A stretch of DNA of 64,000 bases from an uncultured Gammaproteobacteria bacterium. GTDB taxonomy: Bacteria; Patescibacteriota; Microgenomatia; UBA12405. Of the stretch, positions 1-9,530 are shown in pieces (the stretch's first letter is position 1; every line of letters begins with the position of its first letter). The position numbers and the translations under genes are program-made. Location of the stretch: assembly GCA_964544275.1 (NCBI GenBank), contig CAZIZX010000002.1, forward strand, positions 2,056 through 66,055, in the 5' to 3' direction. The notes under the pieces were generated by a model. The model was not told the origin of the DNA and ran no database searches. It saw only the letters and a program-made list of their open reading frames with translations.

Positions 1-2953
1 GAAAGTAAGTATTGTTTGAGAAGGTTTGAGCTCCTGCCCAGGTATTGGCGTTAGCTAGATTGAGGGACAGTTGATTACCAGAGTTGGTGAGGGTGGAGTT
101 GTAGAAGACGGCAATGGTTCGGCCAACACCGGTACCACTGATTGTAATGCCAATGCCAGGAGTTAAAGTGGTTAAAAAGCTACCAGTTTGACCAATACCA
201 ACAAAGCCAGTAGAAGGGATGCCATTGAGGTAGTTGGCATTAAGATTAGTTACCAGATTAGTAGAACCAACAGAGACGAAGGTGGCACCAACAGAGAAGT
301 TGGCATTGGTTCGGACATTAGTAGCAGTAAGACTGATACCAGTACCTAAGATGTTGGTGAGATAAGAGGAATGACCAAAGGTAACGTTACCATTGTTACC
401 CATGAAGAGTGGGGATTTAACAGCAGTGGAAGCAGTTAGGGTATTGCCGACAGAGAGAGAGTTGCTAAAGACAGAGTTACCAGTGACGCCAATACCATTG
501 GAACTGACGAAGAGATTATAGGTAGCATGAGTAGTTCCAATACCGAGTTTAGTGGTGACAGTTTCACCATTAATATGAAGTCTGTAGAGAGGATTGGTGG
601 TGTTAATTCCAACGTTGGAAGCAAAGTAGGCTGTACCGCCAACATTTAAAGTGTTGGTTAAATTGGTTGTGCCACTAATCCCAATGCCATTAGTAAAGGT
701 GTGTAGTCCAGTCCAAACAGGAGTGTAGCCAAGGTTTAACCTAATATCGTGATTGACCAAGGTAATACCAATAGAGGCAGTATAGGTGCCGCCGATGCCT
801 GAGGTATTAGCTGGTATCCAAGAGGTATTACCGGAAGCGTCGGTTTGGAGAATATATCCCGATTGAGCACCTTGGGGGAGAGTGAGGGTGCCGCCGATAT
901 TGAGATTAGTGGTAATGTGAGCATTACCACTAATGTGAAGTTTAGCTTGAGGATTGGTGGTGCCGATACCTAAGTTAGTACCGTCGGCCCAAAGGTTGCT
1001 GGATTCGAGAATGATCTTGCCGGCATTAAAAGTTCTTAGAGTTAAATTACTGGAATTAAAAGGTTCGCCGGCTTGAAGGTAGAGGGGAGCACTGGATTTG
1101 ATATAGGATGCTGTTTGATTAGTAAAAAGTAAGTCATGGGACAGAGAGACATCACCACTGCTAGTAAAGGAAGAAGGCAGATTGAAAGTAGCATTGGTAT
1201 CAGTAATGTCAACCAGAGTGTTACCGGCGGTATCACCAATACGGAGAAGGGAACCGCTGCCGACCAGGTGAAGACGAGAGGTGGGAGAAGTAGTACCTAA
1301 GCCAATATTGTTGAGGAAGTAGGCAGGAGCAGTCCAGGTATTGGTAGAGCCGAGATTGAGTTCGAGAGTATAAGGGCCGGAGCCAGAACGGATGAGGGTG
1401 GAGTTAGTGGCGCTGTTGACAAAAGGAAGATTACTTATGGTGTAACCGGCAAGTTGGTTAGCATTGATAATGCCGGTGCCGGCGAAGGTTAGTGAGGCGC
1501 CGGTGCCAATTGTCATTAGGGCTTGGGTGTTGGTGCCGGTAGTGATACCGGAGAAGGGAACTGAAGAGGCGCCGACACTGCTTGAGGGAGAGACCCAGAT
1601 GGGGGATTGACCAGGTCCGCGGGTTTGAAGGATGTAACCATTGGTACCAGGATTGAGGTTGGTTAGGTTTGATCCATTTCCATAGATAATTGATCCAGTT
1701 GTAGCGTTTAATCCGGCTAATAAATTTAATTCGGAAGCCGAGGAGGTGACGATGGTGCTACCGATTGATATATTTTGAGTGAGTAGGGTGGAACCAACCT
1801 GGAGGTTTCTAAAGACATTGGTATCGCCGTAGGCGTTGACAGAGAAACGGGATTGGAGTTGGGTGGTACCGATATTGAAGTTTTGAAAGTCGATAAAGTT
1901 GTAGCTGCGGTTGGTGTTGCGGATTTCACCCTGAAACAAATTACCTGAAGCTAAATTAGCATTGGAGGCATAGATAAAACCGCCAACTCCGGAAGGGGTG
2001 TTGCCTTCGGTAGTAAGTTTGATGACACCGTTGGCGTCGGGATTAATTTCAATGTTGCCTCCGGAGCCGTCATTGGCTTTGAGTAGTAAAGCTTCGCCTT
2101 TGAGGGCAAATATACCATTATCGGAATAGATGGAGGGACTTTCTTCGCCCAGGTAGATATCACCACTATCACCGATGACTAGCACAGTATTTTTTAGACC
2201 GCTAGCAGATGGAGGGAGACCTTGTAAGGTTTCTGAGTTTAGGGCGTAGGCAACGGTGGCGATTTGCTGGCGTTTGTCCATGGGTTCACCGCCAACGGCG
2301 ATGTCGAGCCAGACTTCGGCGTTTTCGGAAAAAACTTCCGGGGGGATTTCGTCTCCATGGGTCTTGCCGATAATTACCGAGAAGATACCGTTGTCGTCGG
2401 GATGAACGATGGTGCTGCCAATGCCGTTGCCGGTGCCGTAATCAGTCCAAGAATCATAAAGCGGAGGATCACCCATACCGGTAGTGCCGATATCGTAGAG
2501 CTTGAATTGAATGGCGGTGGGAGAGGTTATCGGATTGCCAACCCGGTCGGTGAGACGACCCTGGAAGGAGAGTTGGCGTCCGGGACGGGTCATTTCGGAA
2601 CTGGATGAGTAGGCTAGTTCTTGTTTGGCTTTAAGGTATGTTTGAGTGTAGATACCGACACCGAGGGCAGAAATAATTATGAAAATAAGGGCGCTTAGTA
2701 AATATTTATTAAAATGCCTACCGGGTAGTTTGGAGTCGGGAGTTATAGGATAAGAGGTTTGAGTTGTCGGGTTATAGCTTATAGGTTGAGAGGTGACGGT
2801 TTTGGGTAGGAAAGATTTTTTTTGGAGGAATTTTTTGAAAGAGACGAGAGAAGAAAGTTTTCTTTTGATTGAAGCATCAGATAAGCTCTGAGACTTGAGA
2901 AAGTCTGTATATTTGTTTATTTGATCTTGGTTTAATAGTTGATCAAGTTTCAT
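1..2953 (-). CDS. Giant repetitive cell-surface protein, partial (C-terminus lies beyond window position 1). N-terminal integrase-type SAM-like segment, single TM anchor, then Thr/Gly/Asn/Ser-rich beta-solenoid-like repeats.
   Basis: The reverse frame is open from the ATG (complement of 2951-2953) to position 1. It is missing from the ORF track because its stop codon is outside the window. Translation: MKLDQLLNQDQINKYTDFLKSQSLSDASIKRKLSSLVSFKKFL..., then TM LLSALIFIIISALGVGIYT, then recurring units such as LHISGNAHITTNLNIGG and GYILQT(D/R)xxGxxxW(I/V). Its start overlaps the upstream gene's stop by 11 nt. The + strand ORF 2264..2608 is an antisense shadow. Confidence 0.7.
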   Translation of the reverse strand, partial: MKLDQLLNQDQINKYTDFLKSQSLSDASIKRKLSSLVSFKKFLQKKSFLPKTVTSQPISYNPTTQTSYPITPDSKLPGRHFNKYLLSALIFIIISALGVGIYTQTYLKAKQELAYSSSSEMTRPGRQLSFQGRLTDRVGNPITSPTAIQFKLYDIGTTGMGDPPLYDSWTDYGTGNGIGSTIVHPDDNGIFSVIIGKTHGDEIPPEVFSENAEVWLDIAVGGEPMDKRQQIATVAYALNSETLQGLPPSASGLKNTVLVIGDSGDIYLGEESPSIYSDNGIFALKGEALLLKANDGSGGNIEINPDANGVIKLTTEGNTPSGVGGFIYASNANLASGNLFQGEIRNTNRSYNFIDFQNFNIGTTQLQSRFSVNAYGDTNVFRNLQVGSTLLTQNISIGSTIVTSSASELNLLAGLNATTGSIIYGNGSNLTNLNPGTNGYILQTRGPGQSPIWVSPSSSVGASSVPFSGITTGTNTQALMTIGTGASLTFAGTGIINANQLAGYTISNLPFVNSATNSTLIRSGSGPYTLELNLGSTNTWTAPAYFLNNIGLGTTSPTSRLHLVGSGSLLRIGDTAGNTLVDITDTNATFNLPSSFTSSGDVSLSHDLLFTNQTASYIKSSAPLYLQAGEPFNSSNLTLRTFNAGKIILESSNLWADGTNLGIGTTNPQAKLHISGNAHITTNLNIGGTLTLPQGAQSGYILQTDASGNTSWIPANTSGIGGTYTASIGITLVNHDIRLNLGYTPVWTGLHTFTNGIGISGTTNLTNTLNVGGTAYFASNVGINTTNPLYRLHINGETVTTKLGIGTTHATYNLFVSSNGIGVTGNSVFSNSLSVGNTLTASTAVKSPLFMGNNGNVTFGHSSYLTNILGTGISLTATNVRTNANFSVGATFVSVGSTNLVTNLNANYLNGIPSTGFVGIGQTGSFLTTLTPGIGITISGTGVGRTIAVFYNSTLTNSGNQLSLNLANANTWAGAQTFSNNTYF

Positions 2954-3569
2954 AAGGCTTATGAGCCAGTATATTTTTTAGCCAATTAAGCCCGGATTTA
3001 TTTTTTTCAGTGCTCACGCGTTGTGCTTCGCTTACATGATTGTGCTCTGAAAAAATAAATACCTGGTTATTATCGTTTTTGTGTTGTTTGGCCCAGGTGA
3101 GGTATTGGTGAATATCATTGATATAGTTTTTGATAGTTGTTGAAGTTTTTTTGTGCTGGAGAAGGTAGTTTTGGTAACGGGAAATTAGGCTGTCCAGGTC
3201 GGTGGTTTGGGGTGAGGCTAAGTTTTTCTTTTGTTGTTTTAGAAATGATTTGACGGGGTTTTGAGAAATTATGTTTTGATCAATGGCAAATTGGCAGAAT
3301 AGAGAAAGGCTTGCTAGAAACCTTTTGGAGTTTTTTTGGTTGTAAATTTGGAGGATATAAGCGTTTATGAGTTGTGAGGAAAAGAGATGTTTGGGGTCAT
3401 CGGCGATATCAGCCAGGAGAGTGGGATTGGTTGATTTTGTATCAGTTGATTGAGCGGTGGTGGAAACAAAGTTGAGGTACTTGTTGGTGTCGGCCAAGTA
3501 GTTTCGAATTGTGTTTTTATTATAGTTTTTGCTTTTGAGCCAGTTTTGGTAAGAGTGAATGAAGGTCAT
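2943..3569 (-). CDS. Protein made of two tandem phage-integrase N-terminal SAM-like (core-binding) modules, with no catalytic domain
   Basis: 208 aa. Two copies of the XerD/integrase N-terminal pattern (..TIRNYLADTNKYLNF.. and ..TIKNYINDIHQYLTW..). No R-H-R-Y catalytic region is present. Confidence 0.5.
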   Translation of the reverse strand: MTFIHSYQNWLKSKNYNKNTIRNYLADTNKYLNFVSTTAQSTDTKSTNPTLLADIADDPKHLFSSQLINAYILQIYNQKNSKRFLASLSLFCQFAIDQNIISQNPVKSFLKQQKKNLASPQTTDLDSLISRYQNYLLQHKKTSTTIKNYINDIHQYLTWAKQHKNDNNQVFIFSEHNHVSEAQRVSTEKNKSGLNWLKNILAHKPYET

Positions 3570-4350
3570 GGGCAGGGGTGAGAGTTATCTCCAAAGCCAC
3601 ATGAAGCAAGTGGCGATGATTAAGAAGGGAACCAGCTTCTCCAGCATCGGAGATAAACTTTTAGCTTTAGAATTATATTTTTTATACATGTTTATATGAT
3701 TTTTTTTGGCGCTTGCCAGTTTTTATAACTAATATATTTATCTACTATAAAAAAAAGCCTGTCAACAGGCACTTTTGAGCTAATTATTGATATGTTTTGA
3801 TAGTATGATTTGATTGATTATTTACCGATATTTATTTGCGGTAAAATTTCACAAGCTTTTACACGGGTGGTACACCTACTTGCAAAATATTACAAAATGG
3901 TTGAATATGGATAAAAATAGGTAGAGAGTGAAAATCAGGAATGCGGAGAAGTGCGGAATATAATAAATGTTTCTAATTGATATAGAAATAAAGTATTTAA
4001 CAGGACGGAGTGTGGTCGGGTTCGAGGCAGAACGGAACAGTAAAAATGATGGTTTAATTGTTGGTCGTAGACCTGGAGTAGAGGCGAGGTGTGGACAATG
4101 AGTGTATCTAAATAAAACAAACGGGGAAAATTGGTTTGTGTGTTGGTTGAGGTGGATTCTGCAATGTGATTATCCGGTGAACGGGTAAGTGTGGAGTGGG
4201 AATAGTTAATAAATTCAGTAATATAGAGAAAAAGTGGTTAATGTCTTTGTTAGCAGAAGCAAGCGGTAGTTGTTAAATTAGACATAAATTGGTTGTTTTG
4301 GAGAACAGCTATTGATTTTTGGGGATAAATGAATTAAATTTAGATAGTTT

Positions 4351-4767
4351 ATGAATAAAAATACTTTGATGGTAGTGGGTGGAATAGTATTTGGTTTGGT
4401 GGGATTGTATTTTATTGCCAGTGAAGCAGTGCCCCGAGTGATGGTGACAATGACTCGGGCAGCGCCGGAGAAAAATATAGATTTGCAGAGCTCTCATATT
4501 ATAGGTGAGAAGTTACTGGCGAGAGCAGATGGGAAAGAGGCATGTGTTATTAATGTTTTTATCATGGATAAAAATGGAATGGGAGTGGCTGGGAAGAGGG
4601 TAGAATTGACTGGAGCAAAAGAGGCGAAGACTTTGAATGAGATTACTGACAAAAACGGAAAAGTGAGTTATCAAGTTACTTCAGCGATTGAAGGTCAGTT
4701 TAAGTTGAGTGCGAGTGTTGAAGGGGTGCCGATGGGAAAAGAACTGACGGTGACGTTTAGGGACTGA
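4351..4767 (+). CDS. Small membrane-anchored Big_1-like (bacterial Ig-like) domain protein
   Basis: 138 aa. N-terminal hydrophobic anchor, then ..VINVFIMDKNGMGVAGKRVELTGAK..TDKNGKVSYQVTSAIEGQFKLSASVEG, which is an invasin/Big_1-like beta-sandwich pattern. Paralogous to the protein at 11411..11827. Confidence 0.6.
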   Translation: MNKNTLMVVGGIVFGLVGLYFIASEAVPRVMVTMTRAAPEKNIDLQSSHIIGEKLLARADGKEACVINVFIMDKNGMGVAGKRVELTGAKEAKTLNEITDKNGKVSYQVTSAIEGQFKLSASVEGVPMGKELTVTFRD

Positions 4768-4788
4768 TTACATAAGGAGAAGTAAGAG

Positions 4789-7700
4789 CTAATTGAATGA
4801 GACGGCGCCGTTGTTGTAGATGATTTTGATTTGTTCAGAGGTGAGAGGGTAGTTGTAAATGCGGATGTCATCGATTTGGCCGTTGAAGTTTTGGTTATAA
4901 ACCCTGCCAAATGCCGATGCCGCGCTATAATCTTGGATGCCAAGACCGGTGTGTGTGATGTTTTTGTCAAGTTTTCCGTTGATGTAGAACCGGCAGCCCA
5001 CTCCTCCTTCAATAACAAAAGCTACGTGTACCCACTCGTTTGCTGTTATAGAAGAATTTGATTCAGGCCAGTAGTTTACTCCTCCGGTAATATCTCCTAT
5101 CATTAGTCTCAGTCTCCGGTTGCCAGCATTATCCCGTACTTGGAAGTAGTGATAGCCAGCCATATATTGAGAAAATCCGTTAGCAATTGTTCCTGATTCA
5201 TGTGATTTTATCCAGAAGCTTGAGGTCGAAGATCCGTACGAGCCTCCATAGAGTGCCGGGTTATTTAATCCTTTGCCATTGAGGTTTACTTCGTCGTCGA
5301 TTCCATCAAAATTTATGCTGGAGTTTAGTTTTCCGTTTTGGCCATTTCCCCAAGCGGTAGCAGGAATGTCGCAGGTGCCAACACTAACTTGGGTGCCACC
5401 GACACCAACATTGAGGGTGCCGTGATAGTTATTGCCGGAAGAATCATGGATGGTGGTACCCTGACATTCATCTGCTTTCCAGTGAGCAATGGGAGCGCCG
5501 TGGTTATAGTCGTAAGCGATTTGGGCAGGAGTGCGGGCGTAATTGTAGATGCGAACATCGTCAATAGTACCGTTATATGAGTTGTTTTCCCAGACATTAT
5601 TTCCGATGTTTAGTTCATAGGCCCAGTTTCTAAGTCCGTTTTCGAAGTAGTCAGAATCAATATAAATACCATTCAGGAAGAGGGATCCGGTTGAAGTGGT
5701 GGTATCAAAAACGAAAGATGCGTAATACCATTGACCAAAATTTATTGAAGTTGAAGCAGATTCCCATCCACCATTTCCGTTTTGTAGGGTATAGCCAACT
5801 GTTCCGTTGTCGTTTACATTTAGGATAGACACACTACTTCCTCCACTAACCCCAGAACCAAGGAGGCTGGCACTTTTTGTATTTGGTTTAAACCAGACAT
5901 GAGCAGTAAAAGAGGTGTTGTTGCCAATGAAATTAGACATGCTGCTTATGGCTCGAATGTAATTAGAGTCACCGCCGTCAAACTGAACAGCGGCACCATT
6001 ATGGCCGGTGGTCCAAAAAGGGCTGGAGTTGCCGATACCAAAATTTCCATGCCTGTTGTTACCACTGGTGTCAAAAGCAGTAGAGCCAATATTTTCTTCA
6101 AATTTCCATTCAGCTATGGGGGGATCACAGTGAGAAGTATCACCAGGGATACAGTAGTCAAGAGAAGTGGTAGTACCACCGATGTTTTGGGTAGAAGAAC
6201 CCATGACAAAAGCAGAACCCTGATTCATGTCAAGTTTGATTTGGTCTTGAGTGAGAGCATAATCGTAGATTTTGACTTCGTCGAGATAGCCGTAGAGGGA
6301 TTGTTCGGTAATGGTGGAACTGTACCAGGTGTTGCGACCTAATTGGGGTACAATTAGAATATTTTGGTTTGAACGACTAGAGATATCGCTTTGGCCATTC
6401 AGATGACCATTGATAAAAAATTGACCAGTACCGGTGCGATTGGCGACGTAGACAACGTGATACCACCGACCCGGTTCTAGAGTTGAACTAGAATCATGAA
6501 CCCACCCAGTATAGGTGGCGCCGGTGTAACACCGAGCCGATAAGCTTCTTGAAGAATTGATTCCAAATTGAAAACTGTCGGTTGCTCCAGTACTAACAAT
6601 GCCGCCTCGATATGCATCATCGGGAGGGTTTGGCCGGATGTAAATCCAAGTGGAGACTGAGAAATCGGAGGTACCGATTTGAATATTACTTCTGCCTGTG
6701 TGATCTCCATTGCCATTAAAACTTAAAGCTTTACCGAATTTACCTTCTATCCAGGAAGGTGATAAAAGGTTAATGTCGAGACTAGGACCGATGGTGCCAG
6801 AATTTTTGGCAATAGAACCAAAACCGTCGTCAAGACGCCAGTGAGTGATGGGAGGGGAGAGCTGTGAGGTTCCTAGGGGAGAGCCGAGAATAGCCGAAGA
6901 ACCTTTAGATGTAGAAATGCCGGAGAGTCCGTTGTTGTAGTCGGTTAGAATTTGTTGCGGGGTACGGGTGTAGGAATAAATTTTTACTTCGTCAATGAGA
7001 CCGTCAAATTTGTAATTATTAAGGTAAGTGTTGGACCATTGTCCTACTAATATTTTGTCCAACCTAAAGTCTACTTGTTTTGAGAGTGTCCACTCGCCGT
7101 CTTTTTTTCCATTTATAAAAAACGTTACGGAGTTTTGGTTATGTTTATAAATTAATGTTATGTGTGTCCAGGTATTAGCTGTGATGGTATAAGTACTTTG
7201 TTTTGAATTGTATTCTCTTGTTCCATCGGTGTAACCAATTGATATTGAAAATTTGTTTCCATTTTGGTTGATACCAATATTTGAGGTGCTGGAGTGGTTG
7301 TGTGTAGTTAATATGCCGCGTAGGCCACTTGTAATATGTGGGTAGACCCAGGTTGAAAATGTTTGATCACCATTTAATAGAATATTGCCATTACTTCTAG
7401 TGTAATTGTTTGATGTTGAATCAAAATATAAACAATTATTGGATATACAATTTTCTCCAGTTTGCCAAGTGGCGCCAGTAATCGTACCGTGATTGATACC
7501 ACTGGAATCATAAGCTGTAGTTCCCACTCCTTCATCAAATTTCCAGTGAGCAATGGGGGCAGGGGAAAGTTCTTCGGACTGGGGAGTAGATTCGGGATCG
7601 GAAGATGCATATTTTCTCAACCTAACATTGTCAATGTCGATAGAGCAGGTTGTGCCTGGTGACAAATAAATTCTTGTTGGTAGATGTAGAGAGGAGCTTC

Positions 7701-8601
7701 CACTATTAATTGTTTCTGTTTTTTTTGCTAAATAGTTGTTGTTTTCATACACGGAAATACCTGTTGATTCTTGTACAATTTTTGTGTTTACGAAAGTGCC
7801 TCCAGCAGAGATAATAGAATTTGCAATATCAACCCACCCACTAGAATAGTATTGCCATTTATTTGTTGACGATGTTTTTCTTAAATCGAAACCACCAACA
7901 GAAGATTTAAATCCCAAAAGCATTTCTGCTGATGTGCAAGTATTTATTCTGATTTTTAACTCAGTAACTCTAAAGTTATTGAAGGAATTGTTTGACCGGA
8001 GAGTGTTGGAATAATAGTCTGTCGTGCCTAAATATGAGCCGCTTTTATTAAGCACCTGATTTGCTTCTGTGGTAGTAATTGGACTAGCATCATCGTCAAC
8101 AAACCACTTGTCGGTATCTATGGAATTATCATCAAAGTTATCAAAGAGTTCAAAGACCAAGTTGCCATCTTCAACATTAGTAGCTGAGGAATTGCCGTAG
8201 TAAACAAAAATGGTGGTGCCGGAAGAGGGCAGGATGGGGGCTTTAGTCCAGATTTTAGTTTCGGCTTGGCCACAGCCAGGATTACCTTCTTCAATCCAGT
8301 GGGGCAAGAGGCTGCCATTTTGATCAGTAATTCTAATATCGGAGCAGTCATTGTTAAACTTGGTGGTATCAGTAGTATCGAGAGTCAGGGAGACTTGAAA
8401 ATCAGTTAAGTCAGAACCGGAAGAATTATCAATGTTAATAGCCCGTCTAAATCTCCAGGTCTCGTTCCACCATGAAGCTTCAACTAAATTTTGGGGTTTC
8501 TGGGTAATTCTGACTAGAGCAACAATGCCAATTAACAAGAAGACGATAATGGTTAAAAGAGTCTTGTAGGAAAAAGAATTAAGAGAGAACTTTTTTGTCA
8601 T
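4789..8601 (-). CDS. Giant surface protein: N-terminal signal anchor, DUF2341 domain, four LamG/concanavalin-A-like lectin domains
   Basis: 1270 aa. WWNETWRFRRAINIDNS...DIRITDQNGSLLPHWIE is the DUF2341 signature. Four LamG-type C-terminal motifs: LDEVKIYSYTRTPQQI, LDEVKIYDYALTQDQI, IDDVRIYNYARTPAQI, IDDIRIYNYPLTSEQI. A TAAACT hexamer sits 7 nt upstream of the ATG. Confidence 0.85.
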   Translation of the reverse strand: MTKKFSLNSFSYKTLLTIIVFLLIGIVALVRITQKPQNLVEASWWNETWRFRRAINIDNSSGSDLTDFQVSLTLDTTDTTKFNNDCSDIRITDQNGSLLPHWIEEGNPGCGQAETKIWTKAPILPSSGTTIFVYYGNSSATNVEDGNLVFELFDNFDDNSIDTDKWFVDDDASPITTTEANQVLNKSGSYLGTTDYYSNTLRSNNSFNNFRVTELKIRINTCTSAEMLLGFKSSVGGFDLRKTSSTNKWQYYSSGWVDIANSIISAGGTFVNTKIVQESTGISVYENNNYLAKKTETINSGSSSLHLPTRIYLSPGTTCSIDIDNVRLRKYASSDPESTPQSEELSPAPIAHWKFDEGVGTTAYDSSGINHGTITGATWQTGENCISNNCLYFDSTSNNYTRSNGNILLNGDQTFSTWVYPHITSGLRGILTTHNHSSTSNIGINQNGNKFSISIGYTDGTREYNSKQSTYTITANTWTHITLIYKHNQNSVTFFINGKKDGEWTLSKQVDFRLDKILVGQWSNTYLNNYKFDGLIDEVKIYSYTRTPQQILTDYNNGLSGISTSKGSSAILGSPLGTSQLSPPITHWRLDDGFGSIAKNSGTIGPSLDINLLSPSWIEGKFGKALSFNGNGDHTGRSNIQIGTSDFSVSTWIYIRPNPPDDAYRGGIVSTGATDSFQFGINSSRSLSARCYTGATYTGWVHDSSSTLEPGRWYHVVYVANRTGTGQFFINGHLNGQSDISSRSNQNILIVPQLGRNTWYSSTITEQSLYGYLDEVKIYDYALTQDQIKLDMNQGSAFVMGSSTQNIGGTTTSLDYCIPGDTSHCDPPIAEWKFEENIGSTAFDTSGNNRHGNFGIGNSSPFWTTGHNGAAVQFDGGDSNYIRAISSMSNFIGNNTSFTAHVWFKPNTKSASLLGSGVSGGSSVSILNVNDNGTVGYTLQNGNGGWESASTSINFGQWYYASFVFDTTTSTGSLFLNGIYIDSDYFENGLRNWAYELNIGNNVWENNSYNGTIDDVRIYNYARTPAQIAYDYNHGAPIAHWKADECQGTTIHDSSGNNYHGTLNVGVGGTQVSVGTCDIPATAWGNGQNGKLNSSINFDGIDDEVNLNGKGLNNPALYGGSYGSSTSSFWIKSHESGTIANGFSQYMAGYHYFQVRDNAGNRRLRLMIGDITGGVNYWPESNSSITANEWVHVAFVIEGGVGCRFYINGKLDKNITHTGLGIQDYSAASAFGRVYNQNFNGQIDDIRIYNYPLTSEQIKIIYNNGAVSFN

Positions 8602-8621
8602 CTAGAATAGTTTACCCCAGA

Positions 8622-9530
8622 TCAGGGATGGACAGGATAGACTTTGCCATTTATTTCTTCGACAAGATTGTTGAGAGACATTAGTGAGACTTGGATGGAG
8701 AGATCTGAAACCGAGAGGTGAAGGCGAGGGGAGAGCTCGTCTATCGTGAGGGGTTCGGAAGAGACAAGGTCAATAATTTTTTGTTCGAGTGGAGAGAGTG
8801 AGGATGGGGATGAGGGTAGGGAAAGTTGCTTGATGCCGACAATATCCTGAGGAGAAGTTACCAGTTGAGCTTGATTGGTTTTGATGAGTTGGTTGGTACC
8901 GGAAGATAACGAAGAGGTGATAGGGCCAGGGATGCAAAAAAGAGGCTTGTTCTGTTTGAGAGCCAGGCGGGCGGTAATAAGCGAACCGGATTTGTGGTTG
9001 GCTTCGATGATGAGAACGCCTAAAGTGGAAAGGCCGGAAACGATACGATTGCGTTGAGGAAAAGACCAAAGAGTCGGTTTGAAATCAGGCTCGAATTCAG
9101 AAATAATCAGGCCGTTGTTGTCGATAATTTGGGAGAAAAGAGGGTTGTTTTCGGGAGGGTAGGGGTGGTTAAGGCCACTGCCCAGAACGGCGATAGTTTG
9201 GCCCCCGCAGTTTAGAGTTTCCTGATGGGCCAGAGTGTCAATACCGTACATAAATCCGGAAACGATGGTTATATTTTGTTGTATTAGCAGAGGAATGAAT
9301 TGTTTGATAACTTGGTGGCCGTAAGTAGTGGATCGACGGGAACCGACGATGGCAAGAGTATTTTGGAAGAGATTTGGATTGAAAGTCCCGGAATAGTAAA
9401 GTTTTTTAACTTTAGGCTTGATAGTAAGTAAGCTTGAAGGAAAATCGGGGTGGTCAGGGGTAAGGGTGTTAACAGGATAGGTTTTCATAGTGGTTAATAC
9501 GATTAACAGAATTGTCCTGATTGAGGACAA
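8622..9530 (-). CDS. dprA: DNA processing protein DprA (Smf)
   Basis: ..LAIVGSRRSTTYGHQVIKQF..IVSGFMYGIDTLAHQETL..AVLGSGLNHPYPPEN is the DprA Rossmann-like core. The start may instead be the internal Met (MKTYPV) at 9488. Confidence 0.85.
   Translation of the reverse strand: MSSIRTILLIVLTTMKTYPVNTLTPDHPDFPSSLLTIKPKVKKLYYSGTFNPNLFQNTLAIVGSRRSTTYGHQVIKQFIPLLIQQNITIVSGFMYGIDTLAHQETLNCGGQTIAVLGSGLNHPYPPENNPLFSQIIDNNGLIISEFEPDFKPTLWSFPQRNRIVSGLSTLGVLIIEANHKSGSLITARLALKQNKPLFCIPGPITSSLSSGTNQLIKTNQAQLVTSPQDIVGIKQLSLPSSPSSLSPLEQKIIDLVSSEPLTIDELSPRLHLSVSDLSIQVSLMSLNNLVEEINGKVYPVHP

Noticed and set aside
2264-2608. 114-aa + strand ORF
   Set aside because: Lies entirely antisense within the giant minus-strand repeat protein. 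Its Gly-rich translation is a by-product of the repeat composition, and it has no start context.
2943-3569. Integrated prophage or mobile element (from integrase-like domains and the xis-like gene at 36950)
   Set aside because: Both proteins lack a catalytic recombinase domain. No phage structural genes or transposases are present, no flanking direct repeats were found, and the tRNAs are 25 kb away.
4060-4120. tRNA-like T-arm (gggttcgagg) in the 3570-4350 non-coding region
   Set aside because: No acceptor/D/anticodon arms can be completed, and the T-loop is non-canonical.
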